NCBI GenBank assembly: GCA_028714675.1
Contig: JAQTLV010000005.1
Location: 3,475-67,474 of the forward strand
Direction: 5' to 3'
Length of the DNA stretch: 64,000 bases
From: Sulfurovaceae bacterium
GTDB lineage: Bacteria; Campylobacterota; Campylobacteria; Campylobacterales; Sulfurovaceae
The notes under the pieces are model-generated. The model had not been told where the DNA came from. It was given only the letters and a program-made list of their open reading frames with translations, and ran no database searches. A program made the translations under genes and the position numbers. Positions 21,883-32,721 of this stretch are shown one piece after another. Every line of letters starts with the position of its first letter. The stretch's first letter is position 1.

Positions 21883-22725
21883 ATGATTTTAAACTCAGTT
21901 GGTATAGTTGGCTTAGGGCTTATGGGAGGGTCATTTGGACTAAGTTTAAAGCATTTTTTGCCAAATACAAAATTCATTGGATATGATCACAATGAAGCTC
22001 ACAAAAAAGATGCTGTAAAACTTAAACTAGTTGATAGTATAACAACAAATTTGGATGATATTTTTGATTGTGAACTTATTGTTTTAGCTATTCCTGTTGA
22101 TGGGATAATAGAAATGCTCAAAAATATAAAATCTGTTTCTAAAAAAAATACAATAATGGATTTGGGAAGTACAAAAAAACAAATTTGTGAAAATATTCCT
22201 TTAGCGATAAGAGAAAATTTTGTAGCAACACATCCTATGACTGGTACGGAAAAAAATGGCCCAAGTGCAGCATTTGATGGACTGTATGAAAACAAAACAG
22301 TTGTTCTTTGTGACACCCAAAAAAGTGGAAAAGCACAACTTGAGTTAGTAGAAAATGTATATAAAATTTTAAAAATGAATATCATACATATGGATAGCAA
22401 TACACATGATGAAAATGCTGCATTTATATCTCATATGCCTCATGCTATAAGCTTTGCATTGGCAAATAGTGTCATGAAACAAAAAGACCCAAAAAGTATC
22501 ATAGCGCTTGCTGGAGGTGGTTTTAGAGATATGAGTAGAATTGCAAAAAGCTCACCTGATATGTGGGGAGGCATCTTCAAGCAAAACAAAACAAATGTAC
22601 TAGACTCTATTAATTATTTTAAAAAAGAGCTTGAAACTTTTGAAAAACTACTTGAGAGTGATGATTTTGGAGCGCTTAAAAAATGGATGAGCGACGCAAA
22701 TAAGCTTCATGATATACTAAAATAG
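21883..22725 (+). CDS. tyrA: prephenate dehydrogenase
   Basis: 280-aa ORF with the N-terminal Rossmann motif VGIVGLGLMGGS and HPMTG.. in the catalytic region. Confidence 0.88.
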   Translation: MILNSVGIVGLGLMGGSFGLSLKHFLPNTKFIGYDHNEAHKKDAVKLKLVDSITTNLDDIFDCELIVLAIPVDGIIEMLKNIKSVSKKNTIMDLGSTKKQICENIPLAIRENFVATHPMTGTEKNGPSAAFDGLYENKTVVLCDTQKSGKAQLELVENVYKILKMNIIHMDSNTHDENAAFISHMPHAISFALANSVMKQKDPKSIIALAGGGFRDMSRIAKSSPDMWGGIFKQNKTNVLDSINYFKKELETFEKLLESDDFGALKKWMSDANKLHDILK

Positions 22726-23259
22726 ATGTTAAAACTATTCAACAAGAGATATAGACAATTAACAAATAATGAAATAGATATGCTAAAACCAATTTTTAGC
22801 AATAGTATCAACTACAGTATAGTAAAGATTTTCAAAGATAGATATTTGCCATTTCAAAATAAAAATATAGCATTAAGCCCAAATGGAAATATATACTTTG
22901 ATGAAAAACATCATCAAGATGACTTTTCAATATCATCAAATCCAGATAAAATGTGGTTTATCCATGAAATGACACATGTTTGGCAATATCAAAATGGTTT
23001 TAAAATAATCAAAAATGCTTTGAAGCTTTCATTAAAAGGTCAATACAAAAACAATAGAGCATATTGTTATAATCATACTTGTTTGACAATGGATTTTTGT
23101 TCATTTAATTTTGAGCAACAAGCAACTATTGTAGAGCATTACTTTGCGGGAAAATATCTTAATATTAGTAAATATATAGATAGATTGGCATATCTCGAAG
23201 ATGTGCTAAAAGATTTTTTAAAAGATCCAAAAGATAAAAAACTTATCTCATGTATATAA
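22726..23259 (+). CDS. DUF4157-like HExxH zinc-metallopeptidase-fold protein
   Basis: 177-aa ORF with LTNNEIDMLKPIFSNSINYSIVKI...ALSPNGNIYF...WFIHEMTHVWQYQ (HEMTH at 22963-22977). This is the pattern I associate with DUF4157. Its ATG directly abuts the tyrA stop. Confidence 0.6.
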   Translation: MLKLFNKRYRQLTNNEIDMLKPIFSNSINYSIVKIFKDRYLPFQNKNIALSPNGNIYFDEKHHQDDFSISSNPDKMWFIHEMTHVWQYQNGFKIIKNALKLSLKGQYKNNRAYCYNHTCLTMDFCSFNFEQQATIVEHYFAGKYLNISKYIDRLAYLEDVLKDFLKDPKDKKLISCI

Positions 23260-23334
23260 AATATAATTAATCTGATATTATCAACAAAGAAAAATTTGAT
23301 ATAATTTTTATAAATTTTCAATTAAGGTATGTAA

Positions 23335-24027
23335 ATGAAAAATGATGACGGTTTCAATGATTATGATTTTGATATAGGTGAAGTTATTAGGGATGCTTAT
23401 GAGCTTACAAATGGAGTAAAATTAACTTTCTTTCTGTCTTTTTTGTTTTATGTGTTTGTTATAATGGGAGTATCTTTTTTGGTTGGTTTAGTTTATCCTG
23501 GTTTTGCAGAAGATAAAATAAGTCAAGCGGTTTTACAGCTAGTTATTAGTGTTCTTGCAATACCAATGATCGTTGGGATACAAATGCTAGCCCTTAAGCA
23601 TACAAGAGGTGAAGATATAGAATTTAAAGATATTTTTAACTATTATAATAAAACTTTGAAACTTTTTTTTGCTTCTCTGCTTGTTGCCATATTCATATAT
23701 ATACCTTTAATACTCTTTGCCATTCTAGCAGTTGTTGCAAAAATACCTGTAATTATAATACTTTCAATTTTTCCTATTTTGTATATAGCCCTATCTTACA
23801 CATACACTACTCAACTTATTGCAGATAAAGATTTAAAAATTTGGGATGCTATGGAACTTTCTAGAAAAGCTGTCAAAAGACATTGGCTAAAGTTTTTTGG
23901 ATTAGGTTTTATGCTGGGTATAATTTATTTGATTGGTGCTCTTGCTCTTGGTATCGGTTTAATTTGGGCTATACCATTGGTAATGATAGCCATGTCTGGC
24001 ATAGTATATAGAAAAGCATTTGATTAA
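23335..24027 (+). CDS. hypothetical polytopic membrane protein
   Basis: 230-aa ORF with about 5 TM segments after an acidic N-terminus. I recognise no confident family. Confidence 0.6.
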   Translation: MKNDDGFNDYDFDIGEVIRDAYELTNGVKLTFFLSFLFYVFVIMGVSFLVGLVYPGFAEDKISQAVLQLVISVLAIPMIVGIQMLALKHTRGEDIEFKDIFNYYNKTLKLFFASLLVAIFIYIPLILFAILAVVAKIPVIIILSIFPILYIALSYTYTTQLIADKDLKIWDAMELSRKAVKRHWLKFFGLGFMLGIIYLIGALALGIGLIWAIPLVMIAMSGIVYRKAFD

Positions 24028-26963
24028 GCTTGTTTTAGATATCCAAACGCGGTAGCGATGATGTCATCATCGTCTCTACTTGGTGATTTTATAGTTAGTC
24101 TCTCTTTCTTTTCATCGTCAAACTCAAAAAATAGATTTTCATTGTAATTTGAAACTTTCGTTATTCCTTTTACTTTTGCCATGAGTTTTATTGCCATAAC
24201 ATCTATAAATTGCTTGCTTATCTTATCAAGCCTGCCAAACCTATCTTCTATTTCGCTTGAAATCTCATATACTTCGCCTACACTTGTGCTTAAAGATAAC
24301 CTTCTATAAAGCTCAAGCCTTAATCTATCCTCACTTATCAACTCTTCATTTAAATATGCATCAACTGCAAGTTTAACTTCAACACTTTTTTCTTTGTCTT
24401 CTTTTTTGCCACTAAGCTCTTTAATGGCATCTTCTAGCATCCTTAGATACAAACCGTAGCCTATCTGCTTAATGTGTCCACTTTGTGCTTCACCGATGAT
24501 ATTACCGCCACCTCTTATCTCCAAATCATGGAATGCCAATACAGCCCCGCTTCCAAGATCTGAATGTGATTCAAGCGCAATAAGTCTTTTTTTCGCCTGC
24601 TCCGAAAGAGAGAGTTTATCTTCAACCAAAAAGTAACAATAGCCTTCGCGTGAACCTCTCCCAACTCTTCCTCTGAGTTGATGTAAATCAGCCATTCCAA
24701 AATTATCCGAACCATCAACTATCATTGTATTGGCACTTGGTATATGAATGCCTGATTCGACAATGGAAGTAGACAATAATATATCAAATTCACCTTTTTC
24801 AAATTTTATCATCTCATCTTCTGTTTCTTTTGCACTAATTCCAGAGTGAAGAATGGCAATTTTGAGATTTGGTAATATTTTAAGAAGCGATACTTTTTTA
24901 TCTTCTAATGATGCTATGGAATTATGAACATAAAAAATTTGTCCACCTCGTCTAAGCTCACGAAGTATTATCTCTTTTAGCAAAGCTTCATTGTAATTTT
25001 TTATGAAAGTTCGCACCCCAACCCTCTCCATAGGAGGTGTTAATATCTCACTAAATGTTTTAACATTTGATAAAGCAAGATTAAGACTTCTAGGGATTGG
25101 TGTAGCACTCATGCTAAGCAAATGCACATCTTTCGACATCTCTTTTAAAGTCTCTTTTTGCTTAACTCCAAATTTATGTTCTTCGTCAATTACCACAAGA
25201 GCCAATTTTGCAAACTCAACTCCCAAAAGTGCATGTGTACCTATAATTACATCAACTTCACCGCTTTTTGCTCTAGTTATTGCATCTTTTTTTTCTTTTG
25301 CCGTACAAAATCTATCTAACTTTGCAATCCTAATACCATATGGACTTAACCTTGTTATCAAGCTTTTATAGTGTTGAGATGAAAGAAGTGTTGTTGGAGC
25401 TATCATGCAAGTTTGGTATCCATTCTTTACACAAGCAAATATTGCATTCATGGCGACTTCTGTTTTTCCAAAACCAACATCAGCACTCAAGAGTCTATCC
25501 ATGATATTTCCACTTCTCAATTCTTTCAAAGTATCATTTATGGCATCTTCTTGATCACTCGTATGTATAAAGCCAGCACTTGCTAAAAAATCGCTATGCA
25601 CATTTGGATCAAGTTCAATCTTGATTCCTTGACTCATATGTCTAATTGCTGATAAATTAATTATCTGTGATGCAATAGCAAAAAGTTTTTCTTTTACTTT
25701 TTCTTTTAAATTTCTAAAGCTCATCTTGCCAAGTCTATCAAGAACAGGAACACTTCCACCATCACTCATATATCTATCAATAACTTCTAAATTTTCAACA
25801 GGAACCAAAAGCATATCTTCATTTTGATATACAATTACAACAAATTCTCTTGTAGCGCCTAATATATCTCTTTTTTCTATGCCTTTAAAAATACCAACTC
25901 CATGTGTTTCATGAACAACATAATCTCCAGTTTTTAACTCATCAAGTATAATAGAGCTTTTTTTAACTTTTTTTAATTTGGTTGGTTTATTTATAGAAAT
26001 AATAAGTTTATCATTAGCCAAAATATTTATTTGGCCATCTTGATATTTAAATTTTATTCCATCAAAATTATCAAGCAAGCTTCCTCTTACTATACTCTCA
26101 TTTTTTGCTATAACAATTATCTCTTTATTTTTGTGTGTGGATATTAGTTTATTTATATTTGTAACTTCTATATCTTTATATTTTTTGGCTTCTTTGATTG
26201 GCGGTAGACTAATATCACTAGATTCTAACTTGGAGACTGCAAATGGCTTAAAAATATCGAGTGCATTATTACCGCAATCATCTATTACCCACCAACCAAG
26301 AGATGGTATATCTTTTACAAATGTATCTGATTTGAAATCTTTAACTTTTTGACTTATTTGATTGTACTTCACTTCATCGAGAGACAAAAAAGCTGGGAAA
26401 ATAGTAAAACTCTCACACTCTTCTACTATACTTTTTTGACTGCTTACATTAAATCTTCTAATGCTTTCTATTTCATCATCAAAAAGAGAAATTCTGTATG
26501 GACTTTCTTCATTGATAGGATAAATATCTATTATATCGCCCCTAAAAGAAACCTCGCCTTTTGAGGCAACTATATCTACAAAACTATATCCCCAAAAAAA
26601 TAGTTTATCTTTGATATTTTTATCTATCTTATCTGCAAAAGATAATTTTATATTTTGTAAAAAAATTTCATTGGGAAATGTCAATTTTAATGTTTTGTGT
26701 GGGGAGATAAGGACTTTTGGTTCTTGATATGTATAATACGAGCCTAACTCTTTAATAAATTCATATATTTCATCTTGATAAGCTCTTAAGTCTTCACCAA
26801 AATCTACCCTAATATCAGGTAACACAAATGACTTTATGCCAAGCAGCTTTGCTATATCTGATATTTCATTTGCCTCTTTGTTGTTATTACAAACAAAAAG
26901 CAATTTTGCATCTATTTTTTTAAAATTATTTTCTAAATATTCATATATATTGCTTTGAAACAT
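24024..26963 (-). CDS. mfd: transcription-repair coupling factor
   Basis: 979-aa ORF with SF2 helicase motifs (DVGFGKTEVA, DEEHKFG, LSMSATPIPRS, QLRGRVGR) and a CarD-like segment (GDYVVHETHGVG). Confidence 0.95.
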   Translation of the reverse strand: MFQSNIYEYLENNFKKIDAKLLFVCNNNKEANEISDIAKLLGIKSFVLPDIRVDFGEDLRAYQDEIYEFIKELGSYYTYQEPKVLISPHKTLKLTFPNEIFLQNIKLSFADKIDKNIKDKLFFWGYSFVDIVASKGEVSFRGDIIDIYPINEESPYRISLFDDEIESIRRFNVSSQKSIVEECESFTIFPAFLSLDEVKYNQISQKVKDFKSDTFVKDIPSLGWWVIDDCGNNALDIFKPFAVSKLESSDISLPPIKEAKKYKDIEVTNINKLISTHKNKEIIVIAKNESIVRGSLLDNFDGIKFKYQDGQINILANDKLIISINKPTKLKKVKKSSIILDELKTGDYVVHETHGVGIFKGIEKRDILGATREFVVIVYQNEDMLLVPVENLEVIDRYMSDGGSVPVLDRLGKMSFRNLKEKVKEKLFAIASQIINLSAIRHMSQGIKIELDPNVHSDFLASAGFIHTSDQEDAINDTLKELRSGNIMDRLLSADVGFGKTEVAMNAIFACVKNGYQTCMIAPTTLLSSQHYKSLITRLSPYGIRIAKLDRFCTAKEKKDAITRAKSGEVDVIIGTHALLGVEFAKLALVVIDEEHKFGVKQKETLKEMSKDVHLLSMSATPIPRSLNLALSNVKTFSEILTPPMERVGVRTFIKNYNEALLKEIILRELRRGGQIFYVHNSIASLEDKKVSLLKILPNLKIAILHSGISAKETEDEMIKFEKGEFDILLSTSIVESGIHIPSANTMIVDGSDNFGMADLHQLRGRVGRGSREGYCYFLVEDKLSLSEQAKKRLIALESHSDLGSGAVLAFHDLEIRGGGNIIGEAQSGHIKQIGYGLYLRMLEDAIKELSGKKEDKEKSVEVKLAVDAYLNEELISEDRLRLELYRRLSLSTSVGEVYEISSEIEDRFGRLDKISKQFIDVMAIKLMAKVKGITKVSNYNENLFFEFDDEKKERLTIKSPSRDDDDIIATAFGYLKQA

Positions 26964-26978
26964 TAAACCTATTTTTAA

Positions 26979-27431
26979 TTAATCTTTTTTTTGCATATCA
27001 CTATCTAAAATTTTAGTATCAGTTATATTATGATACTTTTGTTCTATTTCAGCATATTTGCTTTGTAAATTGTTACCTTTAACGATGGTTTTCCCATCAA
27101 AAAATCCATTTTCTTCTACTGTAATTTTAGAATAGGTCAATTGTCCTACAACTTTACCAGTAGAAAGTATATGTATTATATTTGCATCAACAACACCATC
27201 AACCAATCCGCCAATAACTATAGCTTCACACTTTATATCACCATAAAGCTCACCTTTTTCACCAACAGTTATTGCCTGTTTAGATGTGACTATACCCTCA
27301 AATCTACCATTAACTACAACATCACTTGAAGTTGTAATACCCCCAACCATTAAACAATCGTCTGATATTATTGTTGCGTTGTAGCTAGGTTTGGATGTTG
27401 TTTTTGTACTAGATTTACTAAAGATGCCCAT
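26979..27431 (-). CDS. ccmA: bactofilin (CcmA-like cytoskeletal protein)
   Basis: 150-aa ORF with the repetitive beta-helical pattern V.G.F.G.V....I.V...G...G typical of bactofilins. It lies downstream of an M23 peptidase and overlaps it. Confidence 0.8.
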   Translation of the reverse strand: MGIFSKSSTKTTSKPSYNATIISDDCLMVGGITTSSDVVVNGRFEGIVTSKQAITVGEKGELYGDIKCEAIVIGGLVDGVVDANIIHILSTGKVVGQLTYSKITVEENGFFDGKTIVKGNNLQSKYAEIEQKYHNITDTKILDSDMQKKD

Positions 27432-28225
27432 GGAATACCTTTTTGAATATTGAAAATTGAGTCATAGTTTACCATATTCCATCTAACAAAATCGATTGGA
27501 TTTATAGGTTTGGCTAAAAAATGAACTTCATAGTGTAGGTGTGGTCCAGTTGATCTTCCACTATTTCCAGACAATGCTATAAGTTGTCCTCTCTTAACTT
27601 TTTGTCCAACACTAACTTTAATACTGCTCAAATGTGCATAAGCAGTATCAAACCCATAGGGGTGTCTTATAACAACAAGTTTACCATATCCACCCGTATC
27701 AGATGAAACTACTCTTGTTACAAATCCATCTGCTGTTGACTTGATGGGAGTTCCAATATTTGTTTTAAAATCAATACCATTATGCATTTTCTTTGTATGA
27801 AAAATAGGATGTATTCTATATCCAAAACTAGAAGTTACACGAGGTCTAGCGACAGGAGAACCATTTGGTAATATTTTCAATATGTATGTCTTTACACTTG
27901 CAATCCTAGCATACTCTTTTGTTTTTTGAAGTGTTATTCTTGCTCCTTCTTCATACATTTTTATATTTTCTTGAAGTTCTTTTAAATCATCATCTACCTT
28001 GTCGTATGCCGTTATTTGTTCTTCTAAATCCTGTTTATACATTTCATTTTTAGTTGCCAAATCCATTATCTTATTTATAAGTATAGGAACTACAATTGCT
28101 CCTATAGATGCTGTTAAAACAATAAAAACTATAACTCTAAGTATATATTTTCGAAGCAATCCAGAAATACTATAAGATTTTGTTCCCTTAATGTCAGAAA
28201 TTGTTATAATAGTTCTATTTTTCAT
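27368..28225 (-). CDS. M23 family (LytM-type) peptidoglycan endopeptidase, Csd1-like
   Basis: 285-aa ORF with an N-terminal TM segment, a coiled region, and the M23 motifs HNGIDF and GPHLHYEVH. Confidence 0.88.
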   Translation of the reverse strand: MKNRTIITISDIKGTKSYSISGLLRKYILRVIVFIVLTASIGAIVVPILINKIMDLATKNEMYKQDLEEQITAYDKVDDDLKELQENIKMYEEGARITLQKTKEYARIASVKTYILKILPNGSPVARPRVTSSFGYRIHPIFHTKKMHNGIDFKTNIGTPIKSTADGFVTRVVSSDTGGYGKLVVIRHPYGFDTAYAHLSSIKVSVGQKVKRGQLIALSGNSGRSTGPHLHYEVHFLAKPINPIDFVRWNMVNYDSIFNIQKGIPWASLVNLVQKQHPNLATTQQ

Positions 28226-29370
28226 TCAAACTCCATAGCTTTCAAAAATGATTCAACGACACTAAAAGATCCGAAAACCAAATATTTTTCATTGTCATGA
28301 ATTGTTTTGTTAAAAAAATCATAATCTATTTTAAATTCTTTCAATACGGTTTCTAATTTTTCTAAACTTAAAGCTCGTGGAGAATCTATTTTTATTATCA
28401 AGAGTTTTTTTATTTTTGGTTTTAAAATTTTTAAAATTTCTCTATATGATTTGTCTTCATATGTGTTATATATTAGTATTGTATCATTTTCTATCATTTT
28501 AAATAAAGCCTGTGCAGCAAGTACATTATGACCGACATCAAGCCTGATATTGGATGCGTAAGCAAAATACCTACCCATCATTTGCCATGAATTTAAATCA
28601 TTTATATTGTATTTTATACCTAATATATCTAAGGCCGTACAAGCACTCTTGGCATTATCGCATAAAAAATCTGCCCAGCTATTTTGTTTGGCTATTTGTG
28701 CTATCTCCTCTTTTTGATAATCTGGCGCTACAAAAACAAGCTTTGTATTTTTCTCTTTTGCTATTTTCTTTGCAACATCAATAACTTCTAAATGAGGTTG
28801 AATACTCACAATTGCTATTTTGTCTATACTATTTATTTTTGTTGTTGCAATATCCTCTATACTACTTCCAAGAAAAACTTGATGATCAAAATCTATAGGA
28901 GTAACAATACTTAAAACTTTTGGTACCACATTTGTTGCATCATTTTCCCCGCCAAGTCCTGCTTCCAAAACTATATAATCACACTCTTCAAAAGCAAATA
29001 ATGCCAAAAGTGTTGTGTATTCAAAATAGCTAAGTTTATCTCTTAATTCGTTATTTAAAATACTATACAATTTATTATGTGCTATCTCAAGAATGTCATT
29101 ATCGCAGTCATTCCCATTTAACCAAAATCTCTCATTAAATTTCAAAATATGTGGAGAAGTATAATGAGCTGTATTAAAACCTGATTTTAGCAACAAATGG
29201 GCAACCATCCTACCTGTACTTCCCTTGCCATTTGTTCCGACTATATGTATAATCTTTGGCAACTTCAAGTTTTTCTCTATAGTATCAAATGCAATCTTTA
29301 TTCTTTTATAATCTATGTGTTTATAATAAAGTGGTTTATTATTTAGAAATGACTCTAACTTTGGAATCAT
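28222..29370 (-). CDS. folC: folylpolyglutamate synthase / dihydrofolate synthase
   Basis: 382-aa ORF with the Mur-ligase P-loop VGTNGKGST and the EAGLGGENDATNV motif. Confidence 0.88.
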   Translation of the reverse strand: MIPKLESFLNNKPLYYKHIDYKRIKIAFDTIEKNLKLPKIIHIVGTNGKGSTGRMVAHLLLKSGFNTAHYTSPHILKFNERFWLNGNDCDNDILEIAHNKLYSILNNELRDKLSYFEYTTLLALFAFEECDYIVLEAGLGGENDATNVVPKVLSIVTPIDFDHQVFLGSSIEDIATTKINSIDKIAIVSIQPHLEVIDVAKKIAKEKNTKLVFVAPDYQKEEIAQIAKQNSWADFLCDNAKSACTALDILGIKYNINDLNSWQMMGRYFAYASNIRLDVGHNVLAAQALFKMIENDTILIYNTYEDKSYREILKILKPKIKKLLIIKIDSPRALSLEKLETVLKEFKIDYDFFNKTIHDNEKYLVFGSFSVVESFLKAMEFE

Positions 29371-29882
29371 TGCGAATTCGCACCAGTTGCACTAATAAAA
29401 GATATAAACTCATCTGATGCTTTTTGTAATCCAAGTTTTATGCTCAAAATTCTTGATGTTGAATTATATAAAGCATTTTCACTTACGCCTTCTTGCGTTG
29501 TTGCAGTTATAGTTTTATGAAAATTTTTACCATTTTTGTCTATTAAATCAAACTCTACTTTTACAATAGTTGCATATCTGGTTATATACCCTGATTTGTC
29601 ATAAGCTATAGGAACAAATCGTGTGCCTTTATATGTTGCAATTATACTGTTTTTGGCTTCATTTTTTGGAGCTACTTTGCCATTGAATCTTTGGATTATT
29701 ATTTTTCTAAGTTCATCTGTAAGATATGGTGCATTTTCTGGTTCAGCTGGATCTACTTTAACTTCAACATAAACACTTTCATCAAAAACATTTCTTACAT
29801 ATTTTGAAGATGGCTGATACCCGCAACCAACTATTATCGAAATCAACGAAACAGATATAAAAAATTTTACAAACTTTAACAT
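29367..29882 (-). CDS. lptE: LptE-like LPS-assembly lipoprotein
   Basis: 171-aa ORF with a lipobox (IIVGC). It is immediately downstream of leuS and overlaps it, which is the conserved leuS-lptE arrangement. Confidence 0.55.
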   Translation of the reverse strand: MLKFVKFFISVSLISIIVGCGYQPSSKYVRNVFDESVYVEVKVDPAEPENAPYLTDELRKIIIQRFNGKVAPKNEAKNSIIATYKGTRFVPIAYDKSGYITRYATIVKVEFDLIDKNGKNFHKTITATTQEGVSENALYNSTSRILSIKLGLQKASDEFISFISATGANSQ

Positions 29883-32332
29883 GGTTTTACCACCAGATTT
29901 ATTAATTTATTTGGTACAACTATCTCTTTAACTATAGTCATTCCCTCTAGCCATTTAGAAACTTCGGCTTTTGCTAAGTGTATTATCTCATCATTTGATA
30001 AACCAATGGTTAACTCTATCTCGCCTCTATTCTTGCCATTAATAGAAATGCCGTATTTGATACTATCACTTTGCAGTACCTCATCAACAATTTCTTGACT
30101 GTCAAAATTTTTGAGATTAAAATATTTTTGGGATATTTCATGACATATATGAGGAATTACAGGTTCTAGCATAGAAGTTAGAATCCAATATCCTTCAGTT
30201 AATACATCACTATTGTTTTGTGAAGTTAGTGCATTCATAGCCTCCATTGCTCCAGCTATCATGGTATTGAAAGTATATTTATTGTTATATACATCAGTAG
30301 CTCTAATGAGTGCTTCATAAACTTTTTTTCTAGCAAATTTTTCGTCTTTGTTTAGTTTTGAATGATCAATTGCAGGTTTAGTTGTAGTTTTATACACTCC
30401 GTTTGATTTATCATAAAATCTTTTTATAAATCTAAATGCACCCTCAACAGCACTATCGTTCCATTCAAGTTCTTGTGTTGGAGGAGCAGCAAAAAGGATA
30501 AATAGCCTTGCTGTATCAGCACCATATTTTGCTATTATCTCATCTGGATCTACTGTGTTGCCTTTTGATTTACTCATCTTGGCACCATCTTTTAAAACCA
30601 TACCTTGAGTAAGAAGTCTAAGGAATGGCTCATCAAAATCAACATAACCCAAATCTCTAAAAACTTTAGTAAAAAATCTAGCATAAAGTAGATGAAGAAC
30701 TGCATGTTCAATGCCACCTATATAGTGATCGACTTCCATCCAATACTTTATTTGCTCACTTGAGAAAGGTTCTTTTTCCCAATTTGTCTTATCTGCACAG
30801 AATCTTAAAAAATACCAACTCGATTCTACAAATGTATCCATAGTATCAGTTTCTCTGATTGCGTCACCACCACATTTTGGACATTTGCAATACTTCCAAG
30901 TTGGATGAAGATCAAGTGGATTTCCTTCTCCTGTTATGTCTATATCACTTGGAAGAGCAACTGGAAGATTTTCTTTTTTCTCCATAACAAGTCCACATTT
31001 TTGACAATGAATAAAAGGTATAGGTGCGCCCCAATATCTCTGTCTTGAAACACCCCAATCTTTTAATTTATAATTTGTTGTTTTTTTGCCAATTTTTAGA
31101 GTTTCAAAATACTCTATAATTTTTCCTTTTGCCTCATTTGAATCAAAACCACTAAATTCATTGGAATCAAATAAAACTCCAGCTTCCGTGTATGCTTCAT
31201 TTTTGTTTAACTCACTATCATTTGGTTTTATAACATATTTTAGAGGCAAACTATATTTTTTTGCAAAATCAAAATCTCTTTCATCATGTGCAGGAACAGC
31301 CATTACTGCACCACTTCCATATTCTATCAAAACAAAATTTGCAACCCATAAAGGAACACTTTGTCCAGTTAAAGGATGAATAACATCTACGCCCAGCGAA
31401 ACACCGCTTTTTTCTTTTTGTCTATCTATGTTTGAAGAATTTTTCATATCTTTTATCTGACTAATAGCATCTTTGTCTAAAAGATTATTGTCACACAAAT
31501 ACTTTACTATATCATGCTCTGGAGCAAGAGCCACATAAGTAACACCATAGATAGTGTCAGGTCTTGTTGTAAAAACTGTAAATGAGTTAAATTTATCATT
31601 TAACTTAGCTTTACTCTCCTTACTTAACTCAAAATCAAACTCAAGTCCATTTGATTTGCCTATCCAATTTTCTTGCATAGTCAAAACTTGTTTTGGCCAA
31701 CCATTCTCTAACTTAGCCAAATCACTTAAAAGCTCATCAGCATATTGTGTGATTTTAAAGTAATATTGATTCATCTCTTTTTTAACTATCGGTGTATCAC
31801 ATCTCCAACAACATCCGTCAATAACTTGCTCATTTGCCAAAACTGTCTGATCATGCGGACACCAATTGAGAAGTCCTTCTTTTCTATAAAGAAGTCCTTT
31901 TTCATACATATCTATGATAAAACCTTGTTCGAACTTTGTATAAAGTTCATCACTAGTTGCAAGTTCTCTCTCTTTTGAAAAAGAAAATCCAAGAGAATAA
32001 AACTCTTTTTTCATATAGTCGATATTATCATAAGTCCAAGTTTTTGGGTGAGATCCATTTTTGATAGCTGCATTTTCAGCTGGCATACCAAAACTATCAA
32101 AACCTATCGGGTGAAGAACATTAAATCCTTGTTGACGGTAAAATCTAGCGAATGCATCACTGATAGTATAATTTCTAACATGCCCCATATGAAGTCTTCC
32201 ACTTGGAAATGGAAACATACTTAGTATATATTTTTTGGGCAAATCAAAATTATCACTTGGCTCAAAACTTCTGTTTTCACTCCAATATTTTTGCCATTTT
32301 TGCTCAACAGCCGATGGATCATAACTCATCAC
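29876..32332 (-). CDS. leuS: leucyl-tRNA synthetase
   Basis: 818-aa ORF with the HIGH-type motif ([13 protein letters not shown]) and KMSKS ([10 protein letters not shown]). Confidence 0.97.
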   Translation of the reverse strand: MMSYDPSAVEQKWQKYWSENRSFEPSDNFDLPKKYILSMFPFPSGRLHMGHVRNYTISDAFARFYRQQGFNVLHPIGFDSFGMPAENAAIKNGSHPKTWTYDNIDYMKKEFYSLGFSFSKERELATSDELYTKFEQGFIIDMYEKGLLYRKEGLLNWCPHDQTVLANEQVIDGCCWRCDTPIVKKEMNQYYFKITQYADELLSDLAKLENGWPKQVLTMQENWIGKSNGLEFDFELSKESKAKLNDKFNSFTVFTTRPDTIYGVTYVALAPEHDIVKYLCDNNLLDKDAISQIKDMKNSSNIDRQKEKSGVSLGVDVIHPLTGQSVPLWVANFVLIEYGSGAVMAVPAHDERDFDFAKKYSLPLKYVIKPNDSELNKNEAYTEAGVLFDSNEFSGFDSNEAKGKIIEYFETLKIGKKTTNYKLKDWGVSRQRYWGAPIPFIHCQKCGLVMEKKENLPVALPSDIDITGEGNPLDLHPTWKYCKCPKCGGDAIRETDTMDTFVESSWYFLRFCADKTNWEKEPFSSEQIKYWMEVDHYIGGIEHAVLHLLYARFFTKVFRDLGYVDFDEPFLRLLTQGMVLKDGAKMSKSKGNTVDPDEIIAKYGADTARLFILFAAPPTQELEWNDSAVEGAFRFIKRFYDKSNGVYKTTTKPAIDHSKLNKDEKFARKKVYEALIRATDVYNNKYTFNTMIAGAMEAMNALTSQNNSDVLTEGYWILTSMLEPVIPHICHEISQKYFNLKNFDSQEIVDEVLQSDSIKYGISINGKNRGEIELTIGLSNDEIIHLAKAEVSKWLEGMTIVKEIVVPNKLINLVVKPC

Positions 32333-32411
32333 TACTCCAAATTATAAATTGGTTAGATTATACCAAAGAGTGGCTAAAGAGGTGGTAAGCTAGATAATTA
32401 GATGAAGAAAC

Positions 32412-32433
32412 TTTCGTCCCAGAAGAGACGAAA
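32412..32433 (-). terminator. 7-bp stem hairpin between the 72-aa gene and leuS
   Basis: tttcgtc-ccagaaga-gacgaaa, followed on the transcribed strand by GTTTCTTC. Confidence 0.4.
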
Positions 32434-32463
32434 TTGGCTTTATATTTGATAAGTGCTAAAAAA

Positions 32464-32682
32464 TTAAAGTATTTCTTTCACAGCTTTTAAAGCCTCGATG
32501 ACATCATCGATATTTGCTTTTGGAATATGAACTTTCCAATCTACATTATGTGAATCACTATTTAATGCAACTGCAATGCTTGCAACACTATCACTATTTA
32601 TCCCATAAGGCTCATCTATAATTCCTACAGAAATTTCACCATGGCTAGTTCCATCTAATCTAATCTCTTTTATAACTTTCAT
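32464..32682 (-). CDS. hypothetical small protein
   Basis: 72-aa ORF between lpxD and leuS. I recognise no family. Confidence 0.45.
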   Translation of the reverse strand: MKVIKEIRLDGTSHGEISVGIIDEPYGINSDSVASIAVALNSDSHNVDWKVHIPKANIDDVIEALKAVKEIL

Positions 32683-32721
32683 TTATTCGTCCATAACCTT
32701 TCTTTTAAAAATATTATAGCA

